A stretch of DNA of 16,661 nt, from IMG/VR virus record IMGVR_UViG_2531839454_000015; one strand, given 5' to 3'. Origin of the DNA: a virus. Taxonomy: Duplodnaviria; Heunggongvirae; Uroviricota; Caudoviricetes. The notes below the pieces were generated by a model. It made no database searches. It saw only the letters and a program-made list of their open reading frames with translations, and was not told the origin of the DNA. The translations under genes and the position numbers were made by a program. Within the stretch, counting starts at the first letter, position 1; each line of letters opens with the position of its first letter. Positions 1-8,263 of the stretch are shown piece by piece.

Positions 1-377
1 CATACAAAGATATTGTTGGTGTATGGACTGTATGTCACGGGCATACAGGAAAAGACATCATGCTCGGTAAAACGTATACCAAAGCAGAATGCAAAACACT
101 CTTGAATAAAGACCTTGCCACGGTCGCCAGACAAATTAACCCGTACATCAAAGTCGATATACCGGAAACAACGCGCGGCGCTCTTTACTCATTCGTTTAC
201 AACGTGGGTGCTGGCAATTTCAGAACATCGACGCTTCTTCGCAAAATAAACCAGGGCGATATCAAAGGCGCATGTGATCAGCTACGTCGCTGGACATATG
301 CTGGCGGTAAGCAATGGAAAGGTCTCATGACTCGTCGTGAGATTGAGCGTGAAATCTGTTTGTGGGGTCAGCAATGA
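1..377 (+). CDS. Phage endolysin, GH24-type lysozyme (5' end lies upstream of window)
   Basis: Frame 3 is open from position 3 ([26 protein letters not shown]...) into ORF 60..377. From memory the sequence matches the RrrD-type lysozyme of E. coli lambdoid prophages. Stop TGA 375-377 overlaps the Rz start (ATGA), as in lysis cassettes. Confidence 0.85.
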   Translation, partial: YKDIVGVWTVCHGHTGKDIMLGKTYTKAECKTLLNKDLATVARQINPYIKVDIPETTRGALYSFVYNVGAGNFRTSTLLRKINQGDIKGACDQLRRWTYAGGKQWKGLMTRREIEREICLWGQQ

Positions 378-838
378 ACAGAGTAACCGCGATTATCTCC
401 GCTCTGGTTATCTGCATCGTCGTCTGCCTGTCATGGGGTGTTAATCATTACCGTGATAACGCCATCGCCTACAAAGAACAGCGCGACAAAAATGCCAGAG
501 AACTGAAGCTGGCGAACGCGGCAATTACTGACATGCAGATGCGTCAGCGTGATGTTGCTGCGCTCGATGCAAAATACACGAAGGAGTTAGCTGATGCGAA
601 AGCTGAAAATGATGTTCTGCGTGATGATGTTGCCGCTGGTCGTCGTCGGTTGCACATCAAAGCAGTCTGTCAGTCAGTGCGTGAAGCCACCACCGCCTCC
701 GGCGTGGATAATGCAGCCTCCCCCCGACTGGCAGACACCGCTGAACGGGATTATTTCCCCCTCCGGGAACGACTGGTAATGATGCAGGCCCAACTTGAAG
801 GTGCTCAGCAATACATAACCGAGCAGTGTTTAAAGTAA
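374..838 (+). CDS. Rz i-spanin (inner-membrane spanin subunit)
   Basis: ATG at 374 gives [21 protein letters not shown]..., an N-terminal TM anchor followed by a coiled-coil periplasmic domain, about 154 aa. It is lambda Rz-like, sits directly after the endolysin, and contains Rz1 in the +1 frame. Confidence 0.85.
   Translation: MNRVTAIISALVICIVVCLSWGVNHYRDNAIAYKEQRDKNARELKLANAAITDMQMRQRDVAALDAKYTKELADAKAENDVLRDDVAAGRRRLHIKAVCQSVREATTASGVDNAASPRLADTAERDYFPLRERLVMMQAQLEGAQQYITEQCLK
594..779 (+). CDS. Rz1 o-spanin lipoprotein, embedded in Rz in +1 frame
   Basis: 61 aa product [24 protein letters not shown]... with lipobox VVGC and a proline-rich stretch [15 protein letters not shown], matching lambda Rz1 as recalled. 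Entirely nested in Rz. Confidence 0.8.
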   Translation: MRKLKMMFCVMMLPLVVVGCTSKQSVSQCVKPPPPPAWIMQPPPDWQTPLNGIISPSGNDW

Positions 839-899
839 AATCTTAACTACAATATGATTCATTTTGATGATTGTTTCATAAGGAACAGTGAAGTAAGAT

Positions 900-960
900 C
901 TAAGAGGAGTTAAATTTTATACAGTATAATCATAATATTGCAGCAAGGTGGTTATAATTG
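900..960 (+). promoter_or_regulatory. AT-rich putative promoter region upstream of trkG
   Basis: TATAAT hexamers at 925-930 and 953-958 in a strongly AT-rich intergenic region. No convincing -35 with correct spacing was found, so this is only a candidate. Confidence 0.2.
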
Positions 961-975
961 AAAGAATATTTAGAT

Positions 976-2433
976 ATGAATACATCTCATGTAAGAGTTG
1001 TTACTCATATGTGTGGGTTCCTGGTTTGGCTCTATAGTCTTTCAATGTTGCCACCAATGGTTGTAGCATTGTTTTATAAAGAAAAAAGCCTGTTCGTTTT
1101 CTTTATAACTTTCGTTATATTTTTTTGCATTGGTGGCGGAGCGTGGTATACAACTAAGAAATCTGGCATTCAATTACGTACCCGTGATGGGTTTATTATA
1201 ATTGTAATGTTTTGGATTTTGTTTTCTGTTATTAGTGCATTCCCTTTATGGATTGACTCAGAACTTAATTTAACGTTCATTGATGCTCTGTTTGAAGGGG
1301 TTTCTGGAATAACAACAACAGGAGCAACTGTAATTGATGATGTTAGTTCATTACCTCGGGCATATTTGTACTATCGGTCACAGTTAAATTTTATAGGTGG
1401 TTTAGGAGTTATTGTTCTGGCGGTTGCTGTATTGCCATTATTGGGTATTGGTGGTGCAAAGCTTTATCAGTCAGAAATGCCGGGGCCATTTAAGGATGAC
1501 AAACTCACTCCCCGCCTGGCCGATACGTCACGGACACTGTGGATAACTTATTCTTTATTAGGTATTGCTTGTATTGTCTGTTATAGACTTGCAGGAATGC
1601 CTTTGTTTGATGCTATTTGTCACGGGATTTCCACAGTTTCGCTTGGTGGTTTCTCAACTCATAGCGAGAGTATCGGATATTTTAATAACTATTTGGTTGA
1701 GCTGGTGGCTGGTTCTTTTTCCCTGCTATCGGCTTTCAACTTCACTCTTTGGTATATTGTTATTAGCAGGAAAACGATAAAACCTTTAATCAGAGATATT
1801 GAACTTCGTTTCTTTCTGTTAATAGCCTTAGGGGTGATCATTGTTACCTCTTTCCAGGTCTGGCATATAGGTATGTATGACTTGCATGGAAGTTTTATTC
1901 ATTCGTTTTTTCTTGCCAGCTCCATGCTCACTGATAATGGTTTAGCTACGCAGGATTATGCAAGTTGGCCCACGCACACGATAGTGTTTTTGCTGTTGTC
2001 AAGTTTCTTTGGGGGATGTATAGGTTCAACTTGTGGTGGAATTAAGTCACTTCGATTTCTTATACTTTTCAAACAAAGCAAACACGAGATAAATCAGCTT
2101 TCTCATCCCAGAGCGTTGTTGAGTGTAAATGTAGGAGGGAAGATAGTTACAGATCGTGTAATGAGGTCTGTATGGAGTTTCTTTTTTCTTTATACTCTCT
2201 TCACGGTGTTTTTTATACTGGTGTTAAATGGTATGGGATATGATTTTCTTACATCATTTGCAACAGTGGCTGCATGTATTAATAATATGGGATTAGGTTT
2301 TGGGGCTACTGCATCGTCATTCGGAGTGCTTAATGACATTGCAAAATGTTTAATGTGCATAGCTATGATTCTTGGTCGCCTTGAAATTTATCCTGTTATT
2401 ATATTGTTTTCAGGTTTTTTTTGGCGCTCCTAA
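976..2433 (+). CDS. trkG: TrkG, Trk-system K+ uptake membrane protein (TrkH/TrkG family)
   Basis: 485 aa polytopic membrane protein starting MNTSHVRVVTHMCGFLVWLYSL, with repeated pore-loop-like glycine motifs (TTTGATV, GGFS, GGIKS). Recalled as the Rac-prophage trkG of E. coli. GC content is markedly lower than the flanks. The track ORF start at 958 is a TTG; ATG 976 gives the canonical N-terminus. Confidence 0.9.
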   Translation: MNTSHVRVVTHMCGFLVWLYSLSMLPPMVVALFYKEKSLFVFFITFVIFFCIGGGAWYTTKKSGIQLRTRDGFIIIVMFWILFSVISAFPLWIDSELNLTFIDALFEGVSGITTTGATVIDDVSSLPRAYLYYRSQLNFIGGLGVIVLAVAVLPLLGIGGAKLYQSEMPGPFKDDKLTPRLADTSRTLWITYSLLGIACIVCYRLAGMPLFDAICHGISTVSLGGFSTHSESIGYFNNYLVELVAGSFSLLSAFNFTLWYIVISRKTIKPLIRDIELRFFLLIALGVIIVTSFQVWHIGMYDLHGSFIHSFFLASSMLTDNGLATQDYASWPTHTIVFLLLSSFFGGCIGSTCGGIKSLRFLILFKQSKHEINQLSHPRALLSVNVGGKIVTDRVMRSVWSFFFLYTLFTVFFILVLNGMGYDFLTSFATVAACINNMGLGFGATASSFGVLNDIAKCLMCIAMILGRLEIYPVIILFSGFFWRS

Positions 2434-2519
2434 TATATGGCTGATTTATAATTGTGAGTTTAATATTATGTTGACTCACTCATTGATCCAATACCTAACT
2501 TTACCAGCAACCCCTCCGT

Positions 2520-2551
2520 CCCCAGTAGCACTGGCTGCTGGGGTGCGTTTT
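2520..2551 (+). terminator. Putative intrinsic terminator downstream of trkG
   Basis: Hairpin CCCCAGTAGC / ACTG loop / GCTGCTGGGG (10 bp stem with one G-U) followed by TGCGTTTTATT. It sits between the trkG stop and the ParB-like start. Confidence 0.4.
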
Positions 2552-2570
2552 ATTCATAAAGCAAGGCTGT

Positions 2571-3362
2571 ATGAGCGAGAAATTAAAGATAGTCTATCGC
2601 CCATTACAAGAATTGTCACCGTATGCGCACAACGCCAGGACGCACAGTACTGAGCAGGTGGCACAACTGGTAGAAAGTATTAAGCAATTCGGCTGGACTA
2701 ATCCGGTGCTGATTGACGAAAAGGGCGAAATTATTGCGGGTCACGGTCGTGTTATGGCGGCTGAAATGCTCAAAATGGATTCTGTTCCGGTCATTGTTCT
2801 GTCTGGCCTGACGGATGAGCAGAAAAAGGCGTACCGCCTGGCAGATAATCGCCTGCCGATGAATGCTGGCTGGGATGAAGATCTGTTGCGGATGGAGCTG
2901 TCGGACCTAATCAATGCTGATTTTGATGTCTCCCTGACAGGCTTCATCCCGACAGAAATTGATGAACTGTTGACGGATGTTTTGCCCGGTACAGGAAATG
3001 AGGAGGAGCCGTATACGACGAAAATTGATACGCCTGTTTATGAGCCGTCGGGCGGTAAACCGGATATCAGTGAACTGTACGACGATACGAAAACTCAGGA
3101 GCTGATCAGCCGGATACGTTCGGCGTCCCTTGAGCCTGATATTGAGAAATTCCTCCTGTGTGCGGCAGAACGTCACACGGTGTTTAATTTCAGCAGAATT
3201 GCGGACTATTACGCTCACGCCCCCTCTGAAATTCAGTGTTTTTTCGAGGAGTCGGCGCTGGTGATCATTGATTATCAGCAGGCTATTGAAAATGGATTTG
3301 TCCGGATGACGCAGCGCATGGTGGAGATCATGCATAGTGGTGAGGAGGAGGAATATGCGTGA
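2571..3362 (+). CDS. ParB/Srx N-terminal-domain protein (ParB-like nuclease/NTPase fold) with uncharacterised C-terminal half
   Basis: N-terminus has ParB-box-like motifs: IVYRPLQELSPYAHNART and IIAGHGRVMAA (the GxxRxxA arginine motif). 263 aa with an acidic tail. Possibly an intact counterpart of E. coli K-12 Rac ynaK, from memory. Confidence 0.8.
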   Translation: MSEKLKIVYRPLQELSPYAHNARTHSTEQVAQLVESIKQFGWTNPVLIDEKGEIIAGHGRVMAAEMLKMDSVPVIVLSGLTDEQKKAYRLADNRLPMNAGWDEDLLRMELSDLINADFDVSLTGFIPTEIDELLTDVLPGTGNEEEPYTTKIDTPVYEPSGGKPDISELYDDTKTQELISRIRSASLEPDIEKFLLCAAERHTVFNFSRIADYYAHAPSEIQCFFEESALVIIDYQQAIENGFVRMTQRMVEIMHSGEEEEYA

Positions 3363-4287
3363 TGATTTTTGCGCCTTTATTCTGACTCACGGGCGACCGG
3401 ACAAAGTTCTGACTTACCGGACGTTGCGTCGTGCTGGCTATACCGGGAAAATTTTTATCGTTGTTGATGATGAAGATAAGACACGGCATCAGTACATGGC
3501 TGAATTTGGTGAACAGGTGCTGGTGTTTTCCAAAGCCGATATCGCCAGTCGTTTTGACGAAGCCGATAATTTCTGTGACCGCCGCTCAATTTTTTACGCC
3601 CGTAATGCCTGTTTCGACCTGGCAAAACTGGTCGGGTGTAAATACTTCATTCAGCTCGATGATGATTATCACGAGTTCCAGTTTCGGGTGGATCGCAACT
3701 ATGACCAGGCCTATTTTCCGATAAGGAAACTGGATGCGATCCTTTCTGAAATGCTGGCGTACTACGAATCAATACCTGCTCTTTCCATCGCTATGTCGCA
3801 GGGCGGGGATTTTCTTGGTGACAATGGCGGCCATGCTTCGTGGGTGAAACGCAAGGCAATGAACAGCTTTATCTGTTCGGTTGATCGACCGTTCTCATTC
3901 ATGGGGCGCATTAACGAGGATGTGAATACGTACACGAATCTCGGTCGCTGTGGTGAATTGTTTATGACGATCGGTGCTGTCCAGTTAGGGCAGAAACAGA
4001 CGCAGAAAAACAGCGGCGGAATGACCGAGCTGTATCTGGATTCCGGAACCTACGTTAAAAGTTTTTACTCCGTCATGTATGCGCCGTCGTGCGTAAAAAT
4101 CTCACTGATGGGTGCCAGCCATAAACGCATTCACCATCAGGTCACCTGGAACAACGCTGCAGTAAAAATCCTTCACGAAAAATACAGGAAGAAGACACCC
4201 TGCATATCAATGGGGGTGACAAATGATTCCGTATTCGAAAGTCGAGTCTCTGGCAGCGTGCCGGATGACTGCACAACAAATCGCTGA
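3355..4287 (+). CDS. Soluble GT-A-fold (GT2-like) nucleotide-sugar transferase-like protein; function unknown
   Basis: ATG 3355 is preceded by the strong RBS GAGGAGGAGG and overlaps the ParB-like stop by 8 nt. The N-terminus FCAFILTHGRPD...GKIFIVVDDEDKT and a later FIQLDDDYHEF resemble the beta1/helix/EIIVVDD and DxD motifs of GT-A glycosyltransferases such as SpsA. No hydrophobic TM segment. Fold assignment is by eye only. Confidence 0.55.
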   Translation: MRDDFCAFILTHGRPDKVLTYRTLRRAGYTGKIFIVVDDEDKTRHQYMAEFGEQVLVFSKADIASRFDEADNFCDRRSIFYARNACFDLAKLVGCKYFIQLDDDYHEFQFRVDRNYDQAYFPIRKLDAILSEMLAYYESIPALSIAMSQGGDFLGDNGGHASWVKRKAMNSFICSVDRPFSFMGRINEDVNTYTNLGRCGELFMTIGAVQLGQKQTQKNSGGMTELYLDSGTYVKSFYSVMYAPSCVKISLMGASHKRIHHQVTWNNAAVKILHEKYRKKTPCISMGVTNDSVFESRVSGSVPDDCTTNR

Positions 4288-4474
4288 CGTTCTGGATGTT
4301 GATCTGAACCGACTGAAAGAAAATCGGGAAGCAATGACAGATTTTTATGCGGCCATCCGTAAGGGCAGAGCGAAAGGTGAAGCCGAGTTACGAGCGGCAT
4401 TGTTTAAGCTTGCCAGAAAAGGGGATGCCTTTGCTCTGCGCGAACTACTCAGGGTGGATAAAAATCAGGACTAA
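4223..4474 (+). CDS. Small hypothetical protein, possible HTH DNA-binding protein
   Basis: 83 aa ORF immediately upstream of the terminase small subunit. The TAQQIADVLDVDLNRL segment looks HTH-like. It overlaps the 3' end of the GT-A-like gene by 65 nt; an alternative start at ATG 4265 cuts the overlap to 23 nt. Confidence 0.45.
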   Translation: MIPYSKVESLAACRMTAQQIADVLDVDLNRLKENREAMTDFYAAIRKGRAKGEAELRAALFKLARKGDAFALRELLRVDKNQD

Positions 4475-4477
4475 CTG

Positions 4478-5572
4478 ATGAGCAGACCGGACTGGGGGGC
4501 GTTGCAGCAGGAGTATATTGCTGAATACACCCGCTCCGGTATATCTCCGGTGGCATGGTGTGAAGCAAGGGGACTGAATTACGCAACAGCCCGTCGTTAC
4601 ATCAAAAAAACTCCGAAAAATGCGCAGACAGAAATGTGCAAAACTGCGCAAAAAAGTGCGCAGAAAAAATCTGCGCAGACTGAACAAAAGCGGAACGAAA
4701 AATCTCAGGAAAAAAAGCCAGTATTCGATGCGGGCCTGAATGAGGGCGACGCGGAGGAATTTTCGTTCTGTCCCGATGAATTCGGCATTTCTGACCAGCA
4801 GGCTAAGTTTGCGATGCTTGTTGCTCAGGGTAAAAAGCCGACAGAGGCGTACCGACTAGCCGGTTATGAGGGGCAAGGTGCGACAGCTAACAGCAACGCC
4901 AGTCGTATGCTTAGAAATGCCAGGGTTTTTCGCGCTATCAGCTACTTCCGCAATCAGTACCAGAAACGCTATACCGCAGACCTGGATTTACTAGTGAGTC
5001 AGTTGATGGCTATTGTCCTGGCCGACCCCAATCAGCTTGCACAATTTCGCCGTGTTAACTGCCGTTATTGCTGGGGCGAGAATCATCTCTACCAGTGGCG
5101 CGATATAGCAGAATTCGACAAGGCAGCGGCGCAGGCTTCCAGAGATGGCAAACCCGAACCGGAATATGGAGGCCTCGGCTTTGTTGATAACGCCATACCC
5201 AATCCGGACTGCCCGAAGTGCTGCGGTGAGGGAACGGGACAGCTTTATATGGCTGATACCACTCTGCTTGATGGGGATGCGCGGCAATTATATGCAGGGG
5301 CAAAATTCGGAAAATTCGGCGTTGAGATCCTGCTGGAGGATAAGGCTGCCGCCCGGCGTGAATTGTTGCGTTTGTTTTCTGCTGGCGGGGCTTTATGTGC
5401 AGATAAACGGCTACAGGAACTGGAAATTGAACGGCGCAGAATGGAAAACCAGAAGCTGCGCAAAGAGATCGAAACGGTGGAAGATAATGAACATCCCCAG
5501 CCTGTGGCGATCAATATTAATGTGGTTGATGCCAGAGTAAGGAGTGATGAAGATGATCTCTCCGACGCTTAA
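4478..5572 (+). CDS. Terminase small subunit (Terminase_2-like), unusually long at 364 aa
   Basis: N-terminal HTH-like region, then the characteristic AYRLAGYEGQGATANSNASRMLRNARV motif of small terminase subunits. Sits directly upstream of the large subunit. Confidence 0.75.
   Translation: MSRPDWGALQQEYIAEYTRSGISPVAWCEARGLNYATARRYIKKTPKNAQTEMCKTAQKSAQKKSAQTEQKRNEKSQEKKPVFDAGLNEGDAEEFSFCPDEFGISDQQAKFAMLVAQGKKPTEAYRLAGYEGQGATANSNASRMLRNARVFRAISYFRNQYQKRYTADLDLLVSQLMAIVLADPNQLAQFRRVNCRYCWGENHLYQWRDIAEFDKAAAQASRDGKPEPEYGGLGFVDNAIPNPDCPKCCGEGTGQLYMADTTLLDGDARQLYAGAKFGKFGVEILLEDKAAARRELLRLFSAGGALCADKRLQELEIERRRMENQKLRKEIETVEDNEHPQPVAININVVDARVRSDEDDLSDA
4621..4677 (+). repeat. Array of five palindromic TG(C/T)GCA hexamers inside the terminase small subunit gene
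   Basis: TGCGCA at 4621, 4645, 4657 and 4672, and TGTGCA at 4636, with spacings of 15, 9, 12 and 15 nt (all in-frame). They encode the low-complexity K/T-A-Q stretch NAQTEMCKTAQKSAQKKSAQTEQ. Confidence 0.5.
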
Positions 5573-6854
5573 TGTGCCTCAGGCGCGATTTCTTTCAATG
5601 CCCCATAAATTTAAAGCCTATATTGCTGGTTTTGGCTCGGGCAAAACATGGGTTGGGTGTGGCGGCATATGCAAGGGGATTTGGGAGCATCCAGGTATAA
5701 ATCAGGGATATTTTGCGCCAACGTATCCCCAAATTCGCGATATTTTTTACCCTACAGTGGAAGAAGTTGCTGCTGACTGGGGATTGAACGTAAAAATTAA
5801 TGAGGGAAATAAAGAGGTTCACTTTTATTACGGACGTCAGTATCGGGGAACCACTATCTGCAGATCGATGGAGAAGCCACAAACGATCGTCGGTTTCAAA
5901 ATTGGTAATGCGTTGGTGGATGAACTGGACATTTTGCCGAAGGAAAAAGCCAGAACGGCGTGGCGCAAGATAATTGCACGTATGCGTTATAAGATTGATG
6001 GACTTCGCAACGGTATTGACGTTACAACCACGCCGGAAGGATTCAAATTTGTCTACGAGCAGTTTGTTAAAGCCGTGCGTGAAAAAACAGAGCTGGCCTC
6101 ACTGTATGGTCTGGTGCAGGCATCTACTTTCGATAATGAAAAGAACCTGCCAGCAGATTACATTCCTTCGCTTCTTGAATCATACCCTCCAGAGCTGATT
6201 AAAGCCTATCTTCGAGGACAGTTTACTAACCTGACAAGTGGTACTGTTTACCATCAGTTTGACCGGAAACTGAATAATTGCGAAGAAGTGGAGCAGCCAG
6301 GGGAGCCGATTTATATTGGGATGGATTTTAACGTTGGAAAGATGGCGGGAATCGTCCATGTGCTGCGTTTGGGGCTTCCATGTGCGGTAACTGAAATCAT
6401 CAATGCCTACGATACGCCGGATATGATCCGCATCATTAAAGAACGCTTCTGGCTGTATGATGGGAATGATTACCGGAAAGTGAGGGAAATTTATATTTAT
6501 CCAGATGCTTCCGGGGATTCCAGAAAATCAAGTAACGCAAGTACGACGGATATAGCCCAGCTTAAGCAGGCTGGTTTTAACGTTGTGGTGAACAGCTCGA
6601 ACCCGCCAGTAAAAGATCGCGTTAACTCAATGAATGCAATGTTCTGCAATGCCAATGGTGAGCGTCGCTATAAAGTTAATGTGAAGCGTTGCCCGTTATA
6701 TGCCGAATCTCTGGAGCAACAGGTCTGGGATGAGAAGGGGGAGCCTGATAAAAAATCTGGCAATGATCACCCGAATGATGCCGGAGGTTATTTCATCGTT
6801 AAGCAATTCCCTATTGTCAAACCGACCGGAAGAGTCACATCACTTCGGATTTAA
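5553..6854 (+). CDS. Terminase large subunit (ATPase/nuclease)
   Basis: Walker A motif AGFGSGKT near the N-terminus. RBS AAGGAG at 5539-5544 precedes ATG 5553. About 433 aa, following the small subunit. Confidence 0.85.
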   Translation: MISPTLNVPQARFLSMPHKFKAYIAGFGSGKTWVGCGGICKGIWEHPGINQGYFAPTYPQIRDIFYPTVEEVAADWGLNVKINEGNKEVHFYYGRQYRGTTICRSMEKPQTIVGFKIGNALVDELDILPKEKARTAWRKIIARMRYKIDGLRNGIDVTTTPEGFKFVYEQFVKAVREKTELASLYGLVQASTFDNEKNLPADYIPSLLESYPPELIKAYLRGQFTNLTSGTVYHQFDRKLNNCEEVEQPGEPIYIGMDFNVGKMAGIVHVLRLGLPCAVTEIINAYDTPDMIRIIKERFWLYDGNDYRKVREIYIYPDASGDSRKSSNASTTDIAQLKQAGFNVVVNSSNPPVKDRVNSMNAMFCNANGERRYKVNVKRCPLYAESLEQQVWDEKGEPDKKSGNDHPNDAGGYFIVKQFPIVKPTGRVTSLRI

Positions 6855-6856
6855 TT

Positions 6857-8263
6857 ATGGCTGATATATCAACACCCAACCTCGACTATAACGATATGCT
6901 GGAGGCGTGGGATATTAACGACGCACTGATGGGCGGTACGCTTGAAATGCGCAGGCAGGGGGAAAATTATCTCCCAAAATGGCCTAACGAAGATGAAGAC
7001 GCTTATAAAAAACGCCTGTCTGTGGCTACGCTACTTCCTGTGTATGAAGAAAGCATCAAGCAAAATATTGGGCGCATATTTGCAGAGCCGACAGTATTGA
7101 GTGAGGAAACGCCGGCAAAAATCAGGGAATATGCAGAAAATATCGACATGGAGGGGAGCCGACTGGATGTGTGGGCGCAGCAATTTTTCAGCCTCGCATT
7201 TCAGTATGGTGTGGCACATGCGCTGGTGGACTATCCACGAACGGATATGAAAGAGATTCGTACAAAAGCCGATGAAAACGCGACCGGTGGTCGTCCGTAC
7301 GTTACGATGCTGAATCCACGCCAGGTTATTGGATGGAAATCGAAAGTTGAAAAAGGGAAAGTTGTTCTCACTGATTTGCGTATAAAAGAGGTCATCATTA
7401 TTGATGGTGATGATTTCGGGCAGAAGAAGGTGGAGCAGATCCGCCATATTATGCCCCGTCGAGTTGAAATTTATCGACGTAGCGAAGGCACTAATGGCGA
7501 ATCTGTCTGGACGCTTCATGAGTCATGGAATACCAGCCGTGATGATATTCCTCTGGTAACACTGTACACGAAGAAAACAGGATTTATGCGTGGTACACCG
7601 CCATTGCTTAATCTTGGCTTGCTGAATATCAAGCACTGGCAAAGCCAGAGCGAGCAGGACAATATTCTTCATGTTACCCGCGTTCCATTGCTGGTGGCCT
7701 ACGGGCTGGACAGGAATGAAGAACTGACGGTTGGTGCATCCACCGCTACGATTTTTGAGGACAGAACAAAAAATGGCCTCGAATATGTTGAACATAGTGG
7801 CGCAGCGATAGAATCTGGCGAAACATCACTTGAGAAGCTGGAAAATCAGATGCGTCATGCCGGCGCTAAACTTCTGCGTGCTGAAAATACATCCACCAAA
7901 TCTGTTGATCAGACTAATGAAGAGCGAATGCAGGAAAACTCGCCGCTTTATACAATGGCGAACTCCCTCGAAGATGCCCTCGATAATATTCTCCAGATAA
8001 TGGCGGAATGGATCGGAGAGAGTTGCGGTGGCAATGTGGATGTGCGCACTGAACTGGATGTATCTGCCCAGGTGTTTGACTCATCCTCCGCGCTGGCTGT
8101 TCAGTCATTGCGTCAGGGCGGTGATATACGTCAGATTGATGCGGTTCGGGTGTTGCAGGCGTTGAAATTTATCGATCAGGATTCCCGTCCAGAGGAAGTG
8201 ATCGATGAATTAAAAAATCAGAGTGTAATGCTGATGGAAATCAATGATGCAAACCGTGAATGA
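6857..8263 (+). CDS. Portal protein (putative)
   Basis: 468 aa ORF translationally coupled to the terminase large subunit (stop TAA, then TT, then ATG). Called by synteny (TerL, portal, MuF-like, scaffold, capsid) and size; no motif confirmation. Confidence 0.6.
   Translation: MADISTPNLDYNDMLEAWDINDALMGGTLEMRRQGENYLPKWPNEDEDAYKKRLSVATLLPVYEESIKQNIGRIFAEPTVLSEETPAKIREYAENIDMEGSRLDVWAQQFFSLAFQYGVAHALVDYPRTDMKEIRTKADENATGGRPYVTMLNPRQVIGWKSKVEKGKVVLTDLRIKEVIIIDGDDFGQKKVEQIRHIMPRRVEIYRRSEGTNGESVWTLHESWNTSRDDIPLVTLYTKKTGFMRGTPPLLNLGLLNIKHWQSQSEQDNILHVTRVPLLVAYGLDRNEELTVGASTATIFEDRTKNGLEYVEHSGAAIESGETSLEKLENQMRHAGAKLLRAENTSTKSVDQTNEERMQENSPLYTMANSLEDALDNILQIMAEWIGESCGGNVDVRTELDVSAQVFDSSSALAVQSLRQGGDIRQIDAVRVLQALKFIDQDSRPEEVIDELKNQSVMLMEINDANRE

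Noticed and set aside
2372-2653. Plus-strand ORF spanning the trkG 3' end and the ParB-like 5' end
   Set aside because: It overlaps two confident genes, contains the terminator hairpin at 2520..2551, and begins inside trkG in another frame.
3355-4287. Alternative identities for the ParB partner: PAPS-reductase-like (Dnd-type) enzyme or GtrB-type seroconversion glycosyltransferase
   Set aside because: No SGGxDS PP-loop motif for PAPS reductase. No transmembrane segments and no GtrA/GtrC-like neighbours for a bactoprenol glycosyltransferase.
4621-4677. TGCGCA repeat array considered as a CRISPR-like or tandem DNA repeat element
   Set aside because: Units are only 6 bp with irregular spacers and lie in-frame inside a coding gene; not CRISPR. 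Retained only as a candidate pac or linker repeat.
7031-7519. Minus-strand ORFs nested inside well-supported plus-strand genes (for example 7031..7519, 7523..7795, 2907..3335, 9917..10279, 15644..15991, 5245..5514)
   Set aside because: They lie antisense within genes that have strong synteny and motif support, lack obvious RBS and coupling, and have low-complexity or atypical compositions. Most likely frame artefacts.
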